From Isosphaeraceae bacterium (GTDB taxonomy: Bacteria > Planctomycetota > Planctomycetia > Isosphaerales > Isosphaeraceae), in the NCBI GenBank assembly GCA_965201075.1, contig CBDAVP010000007.1:124001-188000 (forward strand): a stretch of 64,000 nucleotides of DNA, given 5' to 3'. The translations under genes and the position numbers were made by a program. A model generated the notes under the pieces. It made no database searches and was not told the origin of the DNA. It saw only the letters and a list, made by a program, of their open reading frames with translations. Every line of letters begins with the position of its first letter. The stretch's first letter is position 1. This document shows positions 10,381 through 21,512 of the stretch, piece by piece.

Positions 10381-11196
10381 ATGATCCCTCGCGAGTTCCT
10401 GGCAAGGTCGCGACGCCGCTCATCCTCGGTTCTGCCGGGGGTCCTGCGGCGATGGGCCTCTCGTCGGTTCCTGGCCAAGGTCCACCGGATCACCCATCGG
10501 ATGCCGCTGGAACTGCGGACGGTGCGACCTGGTCGAGTCCTGGTGCTGGCCCCTCACATGGACGACGAGGTCATCGGCGCGGGGGGGACTTTGTGGCTGC
10601 ATCGCCAGGCCGGTAGCCAGTTGGCCGTGGTCTACGCGTCGGATAGCGCCTCGCCCGGTGTGTCGTCGAAGGCTTCGAGCGGCGACGTATCCTTGTCGAG
10701 CATCCGCGCCCGAGAGGCCCAGACCTCAGCCGCTCATCTCGGCCTGGAGATTCTGGGCGTCCTGCCCTATCCCGACGGCGCTTTGTCCCTGCACGAGCCC
10801 GCCCTGGCCACCTCCTTGGCTGGCTTCTTGCGAGAGTGGGGCCCCACCCAGGTCCTCGTACCCTTCCCGGGCGACCACCACCGCGACCATCAAGCCACCG
10901 CCGCGGCCCTGGGCCTGGCGATCGAGGAGGTTGGCTGGCGCGGCGAGGTCTGGTGCTACGAAGTCTGGTCCACGCTCTGGCCCAACGTCGCCATCGACAT
11001 CAGCACGGTCGCCGACGCGAAGCGGCAGTCCATCGCCACGTTCGCCTCGCAGGTCGCCGGAATGAGTTATATCGACTCCACCCTGGGCCTGAATCGCTAT
11101 CGGGGACTTCGCGTCGGAGTGGATCACGCCGAAGGCTTCTATGTTTGCAGCGCGAAGGATTACCCAGGTGTTGCCGAGATGCTCGCCATGATCTGA
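10381..11196 (+). CDS. PIG-L family deacetylase
   Basis: 'VLAPHMDDEVIGAGG', 'R.RE', 'DHHRDH', 'FASQ'. Confidence 0.9.
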   Translation: MIPREFLARSRRRSSSVLPGVLRRWASRRFLAKVHRITHRMPLELRTVRPGRVLVLAPHMDDEVIGAGGTLWLHRQAGSQLAVVYASDSASPGVSSKASSGDVSLSSIRAREAQTSAAHLGLEILGVLPYPDGALSLHEPALATSLAGFLREWGPTQVLVPFPGDHHRDHQATAAALGLAIEEVGWRGEVWCYEVWSTLWPNVAIDISTVADAKRQSIATFASQVAGMSYIDSTLGLNRYRGLRVGVDHAEGFYVCSAKDYPGVAEMLAMI

Positions 11197-11331
11197 GCCG
11201 CAAGCCCCGCAACCGGACTCTGAAACGAAATTCAAGCCCCAATTGAGGCCTCGCACGCGACCTAGGAAAATCCGGGGATCGTCCTGACTCCTTTTCAACC
11301 AGTCGTCGGCCGAGATCCCATCCGCCCTGAA

Positions 11332-11389
11332 CTTACACAAGTTTCTCACGAAAACTTAATTAGGTCTGCCCGAGTTTTGATGCTAATGT
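11332..11389 (+). promoter_or_regulatory. Possible Pho-box-like 11-bp-spaced repeats plus extended -10
   Basis: CTTACAC (11332), TTCTCAC (11343) and ACTTAAT (11354) spaced 11 bp apart in an AT-rich patch. TGcTAATGT at 11381-11389. Lies upstream of a phosphatase. Confidence 0.3.
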
Positions 11390-11625
11390 TCTCCGAAATT
11401 CTGCCGCCATTAAGGTTCGCGTGGGACTGGTGCGGGGCTGCCGTCCGAGCGGCCAGAATTTGAGGTCGTCAACCCTCCTGGGTTGTCTATGTGAAATTGA
11501 AGTCGACGATCGGGGACACGCTCACCCGGTCTCTTGAAGGATGGTCTTCGAGTCGAATCTCGATCGCCGCCGCCGCCCGCCACACCCCGAAATTCCCCGT
11601 TGACCATCCCCAGGGAGTGTTGGAA

Positions 11626-13125
11626 TTGCCACGCGCTCGCATTTTTTGGTTCATCGCGATCAGCACCGCCCTGAGTTCGGCCAATGCCGAGGACGCCCCT
11701 TCGACGAGCGACGCCGCGCGGGATGCCGCCGGTAATCGGTTCGTGACCAAGCCTTACCTGCAGATCGGGCGAACCCCTTCGGTTGGAACCTTGCAACTGC
11801 TCTGGCACTCTCCGGATTCGGACGCTCGGTGGTCGGTCGAATCCCGAGAGGCCGAGGACGGTCCCTGGAAGCGAGCCCGCCTCGCGGAGCCTCGCCGGGT
11901 CTCCGTCTCGGGGATCGTGCCGCACCGGATCCATCGGGCCGAGTTGTCCGGGCTGACTCCAGGGGTAACGTTCACTTATCGGGTGCTCGACGGGGATCAG
12001 GTGGTGTTCTCGGCCCTTGCGAGGTCCCCGAAGTCGGCGGATCAGAAGTATCGCTTCGTGACGTTCGCCGACTGCGGCGCGGGGACGCCCGAGCAGAAAC
12101 CGCTGGCCCACCGGGCCTTCCTGGAAGCGCCGGACCTCGTCGTCATCCCCGGCGACATGGTTTATGAAGAAGGCTTAATGTCCGAGTACCGCGACAAGTT
12201 CTGGCCTGTCTACAACGCGGATGAGCCCTCGGAGGCCGGCGCTCCGCTGATCCGCTCGGTCCCTTTCGTGGCTGCGCCTGGCAATCACGACACCGAGCAG
12301 CGCAATCTGACGAAGTTCCCCGACGGCCTGGCTTACTTCCTGTACTGGGACCAGCCGCTCAATGGGCCTCTGGGTCAGCAGGGCGGGCCATTCGTCTCCC
12401 CCCTGACGGCCACCGAAACCGCCCGCGCGGCCTTCCTGCGGTCGACCGACGGGGCCTTCCCGCGGATGACGAACTTCTCGTTCGACTATGGCAATGCTCA
12501 CTGGACGATCGTTGATTCCAACCCCTACGTCGACTGGACCGACCCGACGCTGAAAACCTGGGTGGCCGCCGACCTCGCCACCGCCCAGTCCGCCACTTGG
12601 CGGTTCGTCGCCTTCCATCACCCCGGGTTCAACTCGGCCAATGAGCATCTGGAACAGCAGCACATGAGGTTACTGGCCCCAGTGCTGGAGGCGGGCAAGG
12701 TTGACGTCGTTTTCAGCGGCCACCTGCACAACTATCAGCGATCGTTCCCTGTGCGCTTCGAGCCGTTGAAGCAGGGGACGCTGATGATCGGCGGTCGCGA
12801 TGGCAAGACGATCCGCGGCCGGGTGGTCCCGGGGCGCTGGCGTCTGGACAAAACCTTCGACGGCCAGTCCGACACCACGCCGGTGGGGGTCATCTACCTC
12901 GTCACCGGCGCGGGTGGCCAGAAACTCTACAACCCCGAGCAAAACGACGACCCCGACTCCTGGCAGAAGTTCACCGACAAGTTCCACTCGACGACCCACT
13001 CGCTGACGGTGGCCGACGTCGAGGGTGAGACCTTGACGGTGCGGCAACTCGCCGCCGACGGGCAGGAGCTTGACCGATTTCGCCTGACCAAACCGAGTCC
13101 CGGCGCCGCCGGTGCTTCGCGATGA
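11626..13125 (+). CDS. Secreted metallophosphoesterase (purple acid phosphatase-like, with N-terminal FN3-like domain)
   Basis: Motifs DCG, GDMVY, GNHD, FHHP and GHLH. Signal-like 'IFWFIAISTALSSANA'. Start probably 11617-11626 after AGGGAG (ORF is open from 11491). Confidence 0.85.
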   Translation: MPRARIFWFIAISTALSSANAEDAPSTSDAARDAAGNRFVTKPYLQIGRTPSVGTLQLLWHSPDSDARWSVESREAEDGPWKRARLAEPRRVSVSGIVPHRIHRAELSGLTPGVTFTYRVLDGDQVVFSALARSPKSADQKYRFVTFADCGAGTPEQKPLAHRAFLEAPDLVVIPGDMVYEEGLMSEYRDKFWPVYNADEPSEAGAPLIRSVPFVAAPGNHDTEQRNLTKFPDGLAYFLYWDQPLNGPLGQQGGPFVSPLTATETARAAFLRSTDGAFPRMTNFSFDYGNAHWTIVDSNPYVDWTDPTLKTWVAADLATAQSATWRFVAFHHPGFNSANEHLEQQHMRLLAPVLEAGKVDVVFSGHLHNYQRSFPVRFEPLKQGTLMIGGRDGKTIRGRVVPGRWRLDKTFDGQSDTTPVGVIYLVTGAGGQKLYNPEQNDDPDSWQKFTDKFHSTTHSLTVADVEGETLTVRQLAADGQELDRFRLTKPSPGAAGASR

Positions 13126-13213
13126 GGCGTGACGACGCCTTTCCCCGTCTACGGGCGATCCCGCCCGCGACCTCGTCCCGGTCGAACCCGGGCGGCTTTC
13201 CGAGGAATGTTCG

Positions 13214-14380
13214 ATGCCCGCGAATTCGTATCCTGGCCGTCGGTCGCTCGTGAATCGGGGGTTCACCCTGATCGAGCTTCTGGTCGTCATCGCCATCATC
13301 GGAGTCTTGATCGGTCTGCTCCTGCCGGCGGTCCAGGCCGCCCGGGAGGCCGCCCGACGCGCCCAATGCGTCAACAACCTCAAGCAGGTCGGCCTGGCGT
13401 TCCACAACTACGAGAGCGCCAACGGCACCTTCCCGATGACCACGGTCCTGATCCCCTGCCCCACCGGATCGACCCCGGTCTTCAAGGCCAACTGCGGGGG
13501 CTTTCAGTCGTCGTGGAGCGCGTTCGCACGCTCCACGCCGTTCCTGGAGCAGGCCGCGTTCTACAACGCCATCAACTTCACCCTCACTTACAGCGACCCG
13601 CCGAACACGACCGTCGCCAACACTCCGTTGTCGTTCTTGCTCTGTCCCAGCGATCCCGGCTCGTCGATCGACGACACCACTCTGGGCAATACGCTGGTGG
13701 CGACGACCAGTTACGGGACCTGCGACGGCGATTGGTACGTCTTCTCGGCGATGGTCAACGGGAATTCGGTCACGGCCGGCCCCCGGAACCGCTCTCTCTT
13801 CGGCCCCAACTACGCCCGCACCATCGCCATGGCCAACGACGGCCTGAGCAACTCCCTGATGAGTTCCGAAGGCTACATCGGACACGGCCAGTATCGCGCT
13901 TGCCTGAGGAGCCCCTCCGTCCCGTCGGACGCGTCGGTCGGCACCTGGAGTCCCTCGAACGTCCCGGCCCCCGGCGCGAACTCGACGGCCGCGCTCCAGG
14001 CCCTGATCGCCTCTTGCCAGACGAGTTCGGGAGCAAAGGCGGGCGGCCCGATCGGCCACACCCGTTGGTGCAACGGCGGCGTGTACTACTCGGGATTCAC
14101 CACCGCGATGCCGCCGAACTCTCCGATCACCGCCCAAAGCAAGGCGTCCGGCTTCTCCAACTTCGGAAAGGTTGTCCCGATGGACTGGGCCTCGGTTGAC
14201 GAGAACGACGGCGGACCGACTTACATGTCGCTGGCGGCCTCAAGCTACCACAGCGGCGGGGTCAATACCCTGTTCGCCGACGGCAGCGTCCGCTTCATCA
14301 AAAACTCGATCAGTCCCATCGCCTGGCGAGCGCTGGGTTCCATCGCGGGCGCGGAGGTCGTCTCCGGCGACCAGTTCTGA
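13214..14380 (+). CDS. DUF1559 prepilin-type N-terminal cleavage/methylation domain protein
   Basis: '[43 protein letters not shown]', 'CPSD', '[15 protein letters not shown]' (H-X9-DG). Confidence 0.95.
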   Translation: MPANSYPGRRSLVNRGFTLIELLVVIAIIGVLIGLLLPAVQAAREAARRAQCVNNLKQVGLAFHNYESANGTFPMTTVLIPCPTGSTPVFKANCGGFQSSWSAFARSTPFLEQAAFYNAINFTLTYSDPPNTTVANTPLSFLLCPSDPGSSIDDTTLGNTLVATTSYGTCDGDWYVFSAMVNGNSVTAGPRNRSLFGPNYARTIAMANDGLSNSLMSSEGYIGHGQYRACLRSPSVPSDASVGTWSPSNVPAPGANSTAALQALIASCQTSSGAKAGGPIGHTRWCNGGVYYSGFTTAMPPNSPITAQSKASGFSNFGKVVPMDWASVDENDGGPTYMSLAASSYHSGGVNTLFADGSVRFIKNSISPIAWRALGSIAGAEVVSGDQF

Positions 14381-14417
14381 GCCGCGGCACTCCCAGCGAG
14401 GACACCCGATCCCTGAA

Positions 14418-14452
14418 GGCTCGGTCCTCTCCCCCAAAGGAGAGGCCGGGCC
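14418..14452. terminator. GC-rich stem-loop after the DUF1559 gene
   Basis: GGCTCGGTCCTCTCC-loop-GGAGAGGCCGGGCC imperfect inverted repeat. Confidence 0.45.
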
Positions 14453-14577
14453 GTCTGCTTTAGAGTTGAGCGAATACCGACGCCGGGATCATCGCCTCTC
14501 GCCGGTCAGCAAATCGAAACCGCGCCGTTTCCGCGCGCGGCCCGAGGTCGGACTTGGGCCATAACCCCTAGCGCACG

Positions 14578-14604
14578 AAAAAACCCCTGGGTCTCCAAGG
14601 GTTT
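14578..14604 (-). terminator. Intrinsic terminator of tRNA-Asp
   Basis: Minus strand AAACCCTTGG-AGAC-CCAGGGGTTTTTT just downstream of the tRNA 3' end. Confidence 0.65.
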
Positions 14605-14614
14605 ATCGTCGAAG

Positions 14615-14688
14615 CGAGGATGACGGGGCTCGAACCCGCAACCTCCGGCGTGACAGGCCGGTGCTCTAACCAATTGAGCTACATCCCC
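14615..14688 (-). tRNA. tRNA-Asp (GTC), CCA not encoded
   Basis: Reverse complement reads GGGGATGTAGCTCAATTGGTTAGAGCACCGGCCTGTCACGCCGGAGGTTGCGGGTTCGAGCCCCGTCATCCTCG: cloverleaf, GTC anticodon, GTTCGA T-loop. Confidence 0.97.
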
Positions 14689-14718
14689 TTCCCATCGCTG
14701 AGGAGGGCGATGAGGCCC

Positions 14719-14747
14719 AGGATAGCCAGGCCCCTCGGCACTGTCAA
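14719..14747 (-). promoter_or_regulatory. sigma70-like promoter of tRNA-Asp
   Basis: TTGACA-17 bp-TATCCT on the minus strand, about 30 bp upstream of the tRNA. Confidence 0.7.
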
Positions 14748-14848
14748 GGATTTGAGGCGATGGGCAGCGACGAGATTCGCGGGTCGTTGTCGCCCGTTTG
14801 GTCCGAGGTTCAGACGACGATGGGTCTGGCCGGTGGCGGGGGGGGCGA

Positions 14849-14854
14849 TATAAT
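14849..14854 (+). promoter_or_regulatory. Consensus -10 element upstream of the small Gly-Gly protein gene
   Basis: Perfect TATAAT in a very GC-rich context. The -35 match is weak. Confidence 0.5.
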
Positions 14855-14940
14855 GGGTCGACCTGGCCGGGGTGGTCCGCGAGGACTCGACGGTCCGATA
14901 CCCCAGCTGCTGGCGACTTGAGGAAGGGAGTGTGCCCGTC

Positions 14941-15168
14941 ATGGCCAAGTTGCGCCTGCTGAAGACCGGCCACGGCGACCTTTGCCTGGCCGAATGGGAC
15001 GCTAGGAAGCCGGCGACCGTGACCGAGGCCGAGGCCGCCTTCACCGAGAATTTCACCCCTGGCCGGCTGGCCTTCCGGCTCGACGGGCCGGGGCAGACCC
15101 GCGCGATCCGCGCCTTTGACGCCGAAGCGCCGGAGATCCTGCTGGTCCCGGCCATCCAGGGCGGATGA
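14941..15168 (+). CDS. Small (75 aa) putative ubiquitin-like/beta-grasp protein ending in Gly-Gly
   Basis: ATG after GAGGAAGGGA. C-terminus 'EILLVPAIQGG*' resembles MoaD/ThiS/SAMP tails. Confidence 0.7.
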   Translation: MAKLRLLKTGHGDLCLAEWDARKPATVTEAEAAFTENFTPGRLAFRLDGPGQTRAIRAFDAEAPEILLVPAIQGG

Positions 15169-15199
15169 TTGTGTCGTCAAGGCTCGGGGATGCCCGGCC

Positions 15200-16063
15200 A
15201 TGATCCGGACCGGCTATCTGCGCTGGGAGATTGAGGCCGACGACCGTCGGAGCCCCGTCGACTCAACAGCTCGCGAGGTGGTCTTCCGGGCCCGGCCGTC
15301 CTACCGGGTGGTACGCGTCCGGGGGGGCGGCCAGGTCGCCGCGGCCGAACGATTTGCCCGGGGCGAGGCGGCCTTCGATGAGGTTGAGCGAGCCCGTCGC
15401 GCCGCCGTGCCCGAGGTCGACGTCCCCATCCCGGATGTTGGCCCGCATGTCTTCCGCTACTCCGAGAGCGACCGGGCGACCACTCCCCGCTTCTGGATGG
15501 AGAAGCTTCAGAGGGAAGCCAGCGCCTTCGCCCACGAGGTCGTTCGCTCGGCGGCCAAGTTTCCCCAACTGGTCATCAGCAGCCAGGCCTTGCGGGCCGG
15601 CTATGCTCGGCTGGTCGAGTGGGAAACCTTCCGCGTCATCGAGGGGCGGAGCGTCCCCGGTCCGACGAATGACTCCGAGCCGATGCGGATCGAGGCCCAG
15701 GCGTTCGCCGACGGAGTTCCCGAACTGGTCGCGGCCGAACTCGTCCGCGACGTCGTCGAGCCCAAGGAGTTCGACGAGTTCTGCCGATTCGACCGCGTGA
15801 CCGTTCACTCCGGCGACAAGTTTTACCGCATCCCCCGACGGCCCCACGGTTTGATCGAGGTCTGGGATGCCCGAACCTTGTTGCCCCATGCCCGGTTGTG
15901 CGTTGTCTTCCAGGACCCGGGGATGCCCCCCTCGGACGAGGTAGTGATGAAATACCTGCTGGCCAAGCACCAGCCGGATCTTCTTTGGCAGGTAGGCGTT
16001 CGGTTCACGCCCCCCTCGGGCAAGTTCGACGGCCTGGCCCCCCGGCGATGGTCGCGAGCCTGA
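15200..16063 (+). CDS. Hypothetical protein (287 aa), partner of the small GG protein
   Basis: Starts 31 bp downstream, same strand, GC3-rich codons. C-terminal 'FYRIP...RLCVVFQDPGMPPSDEVVMKYLL'. Confidence 0.7.
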   Translation: MIRTGYLRWEIEADDRRSPVDSTAREVVFRARPSYRVVRVRGGGQVAAAERFARGEAAFDEVERARRAAVPEVDVPIPDVGPHVFRYSESDRATTPRFWMEKLQREASAFAHEVVRSAAKFPQLVISSQALRAGYARLVEWETFRVIEGRSVPGPTNDSEPMRIEAQAFADGVPELVAAELVRDVVEPKEFDEFCRFDRVTVHSGDKFYRIPRRPHGLIEVWDARTLLPHARLCVVFQDPGMPPSDEVVMKYLLAKHQPDLLWQVGVRFTPPSGKFDGLAPRRWSRA

Positions 16064-16202
16064 TCTTTCGAGGTCTCGCCCCGACCAAGATCCCTCCAGG
16101 TTGTGCAAACCGTGCCGCGTCCCTATTCTGGGGGCCTGGGATCGTCTTTGGCAGGCGGAATACGGTGGGGAATGCCCCCGAAGAGGAAGGATTGTCCGGA
16201 CG

Positions 16203-17495
<1,293 letters not shown>

Positions 17496-17662
17496 CCGCA
17501 AGCCAGGAAGGTTATGCCGGTCGTAACGGATTGCCCCGTTTGAAGTCTCCGGCAATCGTGGTTCCCAACGATTCGCATGATAGGTTTCTCCCTGGGGAAT
17601 GAGACAACGATCCGCGCGGAGGGAGCCGCGGGGTTGTTGCTCGCCTCCGAGGAGTCGGCGTT

Positions 17663-17983
17663 ATGAACAGCCGAGGCCGGTGCCCGAAACTGGTGATGGT
17701 CGCGATGGCGGCGGGCCTTTTCTCGGTGGGTTGCGCGGGCGAGGGGGGCTTGCGGCGGTTTCAGCCTGGTCGGGGCAGTTTACCGGCGGGCGGGACCAAC
17801 CCTTACATTGCCATGCGCCCAACGTATGAGACCCCGAATGGGCGGCGGGCGTCTCGCCCGGTATATTTAGCGGGTTATGGCGGCTACAATTACAGCCGGG
17901 CGAATAACCCCGCGGTGGTGGAGACGTCCTATGACGGGCGCTACTATCGCCACGCCTTCCAGAAACTCTTCGGGGGGAATTGA
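17663..17983 (+). CDS. Small putative lipoprotein
   Basis: GAGGAG RBS. Hydrophobic signal with lipobox-like 'LFSVGC'. Confidence 0.55.
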   Translation: MNSRGRCPKLVMVAMAAGLFSVGCAGEGGLRRFQPGRGSLPAGGTNPYIAMRPTYETPNGRRASRPVYLAGYGGYNYSRANNPAVVETSYDGRYYRHAFQKLFGGN

Positions 17984-18049
17984 CCCCAGCGACTCCGCCG
18001 ACTTGCCCAGGGACCCGGAGATTGCTGCGGGGGAAAGGGTGGGCCGCCG

Positions 18050-19117
18050 ATGAGCCAGGGGTTGGTCAAGGTTGGGATCATCGGCGCGGGGCGGGTGGCC
18101 CGCAAACGCCACCTGCCCGGCTTGCTGGCGGAGCCTCGCGTCAAGCTCGTTGGGGTGAGCAATTTGCGCCGAGAGTCGGCCATCCGCGTCGCCCGTGAGT
18201 TCAGCATCCCCAAGGTTTACGACGGCTGGGAGGCGATGGTGGAAGACCCCGCTGTCGACGCGGTGGTCATTGGCACCTGGCCTTACATGCACTGCGCGAT
18301 CACCCTGGGGGCTCTCGACGCTGGCAAGCATGTTCTTTGCCAGTCGCGCATGGCCATGAATGCCCGGGAAGCCCAACGGATGCTGGAGCGTTCCCAGGAA
18401 TTGCCCCAACTCACGGCGATGGTCGCCCCCAGCCCCCTGGGACTGACCGGCGACGCCTATCTCACTCGGCTAATCTCCGAGGGCTATCTGGGAACTCTCC
18501 GAGAGGTCCACGCTCGCAGCATCACCTCGGAATTGGCCGACGCCCTGACCCCGCTGTCCTGGAAGCAGATGACCAAGTATGTCGGCTTCAACATGCTTCA
18601 TCTTGGCTCTCTGTATGAGATTCTGATTCGCTGGGCGCCTCGGGCCACCCGGGTCTTCGCCAGGGCGACGAAGCAGATCCCGGTTCGCCCAGAGCCCGAC
18701 GGCGGCAAACGGGCAAGGGTGGGGACGGCGGACAGCATCCAGGTCGTGGCGATGCACGAGGATGGCTCGGCCGGGACCTTGCGGTTGAGCGGGGTCGCCC
18801 ACCACGAACTCGGTACCGACATCACGTTGCACGGCTCCGATGGGACCCTCATTTACGACCTCTGCCGCGACGAGATTCGCGGGGCGCGCCCGGGAGAGCC
18901 AGACCTTCACCCGTTGCCGATCCCCGATGACCTGCGAGGAGATTGGGACGTCGAGGCCGATTTTGTCGCCGCGATCCTCGACGGCAAGCCGATCCGTCGC
19001 CTCGACTTCGCCACAGCCGCGGCCACCATGCACTTCACCGAGGGGGTCGCTCGCAGTTCTCGGCACCAGGAGGTTGTCGACCTGCCCCTTCGCGAGTTTT
19101 CCAACCCGACCCTCTGA
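18050..19117 (+). CDS. Gfo/Idh/MocA family oxidoreductase
   Basis: 'VGIIGAG', 'DAVVIGTWPYMH', 'GKHVLCQSRMA'. Confidence 0.9.
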   Translation: MSQGLVKVGIIGAGRVARKRHLPGLLAEPRVKLVGVSNLRRESAIRVAREFSIPKVYDGWEAMVEDPAVDAVVIGTWPYMHCAITLGALDAGKHVLCQSRMAMNAREAQRMLERSQELPQLTAMVAPSPLGLTGDAYLTRLISEGYLGTLREVHARSITSELADALTPLSWKQMTKYVGFNMLHLGSLYEILIRWAPRATRVFARATKQIPVRPEPDGGKRARVGTADSIQVVAMHEDGSAGTLRLSGVAHHELGTDITLHGSDGTLIYDLCRDEIRGARPGEPDLHPLPIPDDLRGDWDVEADFVAAILDGKPIRRLDFATAAATMHFTEGVARSSRHQEVVDLPLREFSNPTL

Positions 19118-19164
19118 ACGAAGTCCGCCCCCTATTGCCCTGGATCTCCTCAAGAGGGTGAGTC

Positions 19165-19680
19165 ATGGCCGGTTCGCTCCATCTGGTCCTGCTGAGGGGC
19201 GTGGTCCCCGACTGGATCGTCCCGGCCGGCTCGCCCACGACGGGACGCGCCTCGGCGGCCCACCTTGCGGAGTTGAGAGACCTGGCCAGCCGGCTCGAAC
19301 TCGACCCCCTGGACAAATTCCTGGTCGACCCCCGTGCCGAGATCGCCGCGGCCCTGCTCGCCGCCGGCTGGGAGGCGCCGGCATTGCCGGCGGCCTGGAG
19401 CGAGGGGATCCCCCTCGACGTGCCTCCCATCGAGGACGCGGATTACGTCGCCGCCCAGGACGCTTACGACGTGATCGTGGCCGAGGCCGAGATGGGCTTG
19501 ATGTACTTTCCTGCGGCCGACTGCCTCCGAACCATTGAGGGGCTCATCGTCGCCCTGGAGTGCGACCCCAATCGGTCTTCATCGTTCACGGAAGTCCTCG
19601 GCGAATTGCGGACCTTCCGCCACGAACTCGAGCATGCGGTGCGAATCAAGATGCGGGTTCACTTCGAAGTCACGGAATGA
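19165..19680 (+). CDS. Hypothetical protein
   Basis: 171-aa acidic ORF with RBS and coding-like codon usage. Confidence 0.55.
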   Translation: MAGSLHLVLLRGVVPDWIVPAGSPTTGRASAAHLAELRDLASRLELDPLDKFLVDPRAEIAAALLAAGWEAPALPAAWSEGIPLDVPPIEDADYVAAQDAYDVIVAEAEMGLMYFPAADCLRTIEGLIVALECDPNRSSSFTEVLGELRTFRHELEHAVRIKMRVHFEVTE

Positions 19681-21466
19681 CTGGCCCTGACGACGGTGCG
19701 AACGCGGGCGGCTCCCGTTCCGGCCCACGCGCCTTCCGAGGCCGTCGAGCCGGCGTCCCGAGGATCGTGGTCGTCGCGGCGCGGCCGAGACACCGGTCAA
19801 ACGTCGCTGAAACGGCCACCAGCAACAGGCAGCTCATGAGGAGATACAGGGCGATCCACTCAACGCAACTCTTGCACTGTCCATCCCATCTCACGATCGA
19901 AGGTTCGGTGTAGGCCAGGTCGGTGAGGATCCCGATTCCGGCGGGGGGTGAGCCGGTTATCCAGCCCAACTGGACGTCGGTAATCGGCCGGGTCCGATCG
20001 GCCGTGGCGGAGATCAGGATGGGCACGCCAACCACGACCGATACGTAGACCAGCACCGTTAACGCCATCGCTCGTCCCAGACGAGGAACCCACGTCGCCA
20101 TCGCCAGGCCCAGGCTGGTCAGCGCCGCGCCATACGCGATCATCAGGCCGAAGATCAGGGCCGGAGCCGCGGCGTGCTCGACCTTCTTGGAGACGAGGAC
20201 CGCGGCGATGACCGCCGGCCAGACGGCCAGTCCGGGCACAATCCGAAAGGTTGCCCACCACTTCGCCAGCACGATCGACCTCGTGGATAGCGGCGTTGCC
20301 ATCAGGACGTCCAGGCTGCCCCGCTGCCGTTCCTCGGCCAATGGGTTCGCCGCACTCACGGCCAGCAGGAGCAGGCCCACGGTCGTCGCCACGGCGGAGA
20401 CCGTGACGCCCAGGGTATCGGCGGCCAACGTGTTCCCTTGCCATGCGGCCCCGATCGCCACGGCCGCGAACAGCGAGGTCCCCGCCGCGTAGACCCACCA
20501 GACCCAGCGGACCCAACCCGAGGCCCCTCGACGATGCCACTCCCGCCAAAGGACGGGGTTGAAGTCCAGCGACGGACCCGGCCAGTGAAGCCAGGGTCGT
20601 CGACGTTTCGAGGGCCGGCCGAGTCGGGTCCACCAACTTCGCCGACCGACCCTCCCCCGACCGGCCTCCACCTTGCGAATCCGGCCAATCGCCAGGGCCA
20701 TCATCAACACCGAGAGCACAACTGCGACGGCGAAGAATCGCGCCTGGTCCCCCAGGCTCACGGACCGGAACCCATTGCCGTGGCTCGTTGCCAGCACATA
20801 GGGGTTGATCACGCGGAGACCGTCCCAGCTTAGTCCGAACGGAGCCCGAAATCCTCCGGTTCTGAGCATCATCTCCCAGGTCGGTGAAGCCAGGCACCAC
20901 ACGATCAAACTCGCGTAGGTGACGAGCAAGACCTCGTGAGCCCGCCGTCCCCAGACCGAAAGCGCCATGGCCAGGCAGCAGGCGAGCACGGCCGTGCCGA
21001 CCAGCACCAGGAGCGTGCCAGTCAGCCCCAAAGGGTCGATGCCACCCATCAACATCAACAGCGCAAGAAGCGGGAAGGCGGCGACGATCAGCCCGAGGGT
21101 TGTCCCCAACCTTGGAGCTAGCTTGCCCAGCACGATTTCGGCCGAGGAGAGATCCGTCATCAGCAGGTGCGTCAACGTCCCGCGGGCCTTGTCGACGCAG
21201 ATCGCGCCGGCCGTCGCCGCTGGAGCGATCAACAGGATGAACGACAACGCCACTCCGGCAATGACCTCAAAAAACCCTTCGCCAAGGTCCGCCTGCTGCC
21301 GGATCGTCGCCGACGCCGCCGCCCCCGGGTGATTGATGATCACCAGGGCCAGAAACGCCAGGATCACGCCGACGAACACCGACCGCGACGCATACACCTG
21401 CCAGCGGCGTGACCTCACCAGCCATTCCGCCGCGAAGACCGGACCGAAGCCCCAGCGACCCATCAT
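19670..21466 (-). CDS. ABC-2 type transporter permease-like protein (planctomycete family)
   Basis: 'GPVFAAEW', 'DKARGTLTHLLMTDLS..EIVLGKL', 'NPVLWREW', 'ERQRGSLDVLMATPL'; two TM repeats. Confidence 0.85.
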   Translation of the reverse strand: MMGRWGFGPVFAAEWLVRSRRWQVYASRSVFVGVILAFLALVIINHPGAAASATIRQQADLGEGFFEVIAGVALSFILLIAPAATAGAICVDKARGTLTHLLMTDLSSAEIVLGKLAPRLGTTLGLIVAAFPLLALLMLMGGIDPLGLTGTLLVLVGTAVLACCLAMALSVWGRRAHEVLLVTYASLIVWCLASPTWEMMLRTGGFRAPFGLSWDGLRVINPYVLATSHGNGFRSVSLGDQARFFAVAVVLSVLMMALAIGRIRKVEAGRGRVGRRSWWTRLGRPSKRRRPWLHWPGPSLDFNPVLWREWHRRGASGWVRWVWWVYAAGTSLFAAVAIGAAWQGNTLAADTLGVTVSAVATTVGLLLLAVSAANPLAEERQRGSLDVLMATPLSTRSIVLAKWWATFRIVPGLAVWPAVIAAVLVSKKVEHAAAPALIFGLMIAYGAALTSLGLAMATWVPRLGRAMALTVLVYVSVVVGVPILISATADRTRPITDVQLGWITGSPPAGIGILTDLAYTEPSIVRWDGQCKSCVEWIALYLLMSCLLLVAVSATFDRCLGRAATTTILGTPARRPRKARGPEREPPAFAPSSGPVIP

Positions 21467-21512
21467 GACGGCCGTCCTCTGACAAGTGCTTGAGGATCGC
21501 TTGAGGATACGG

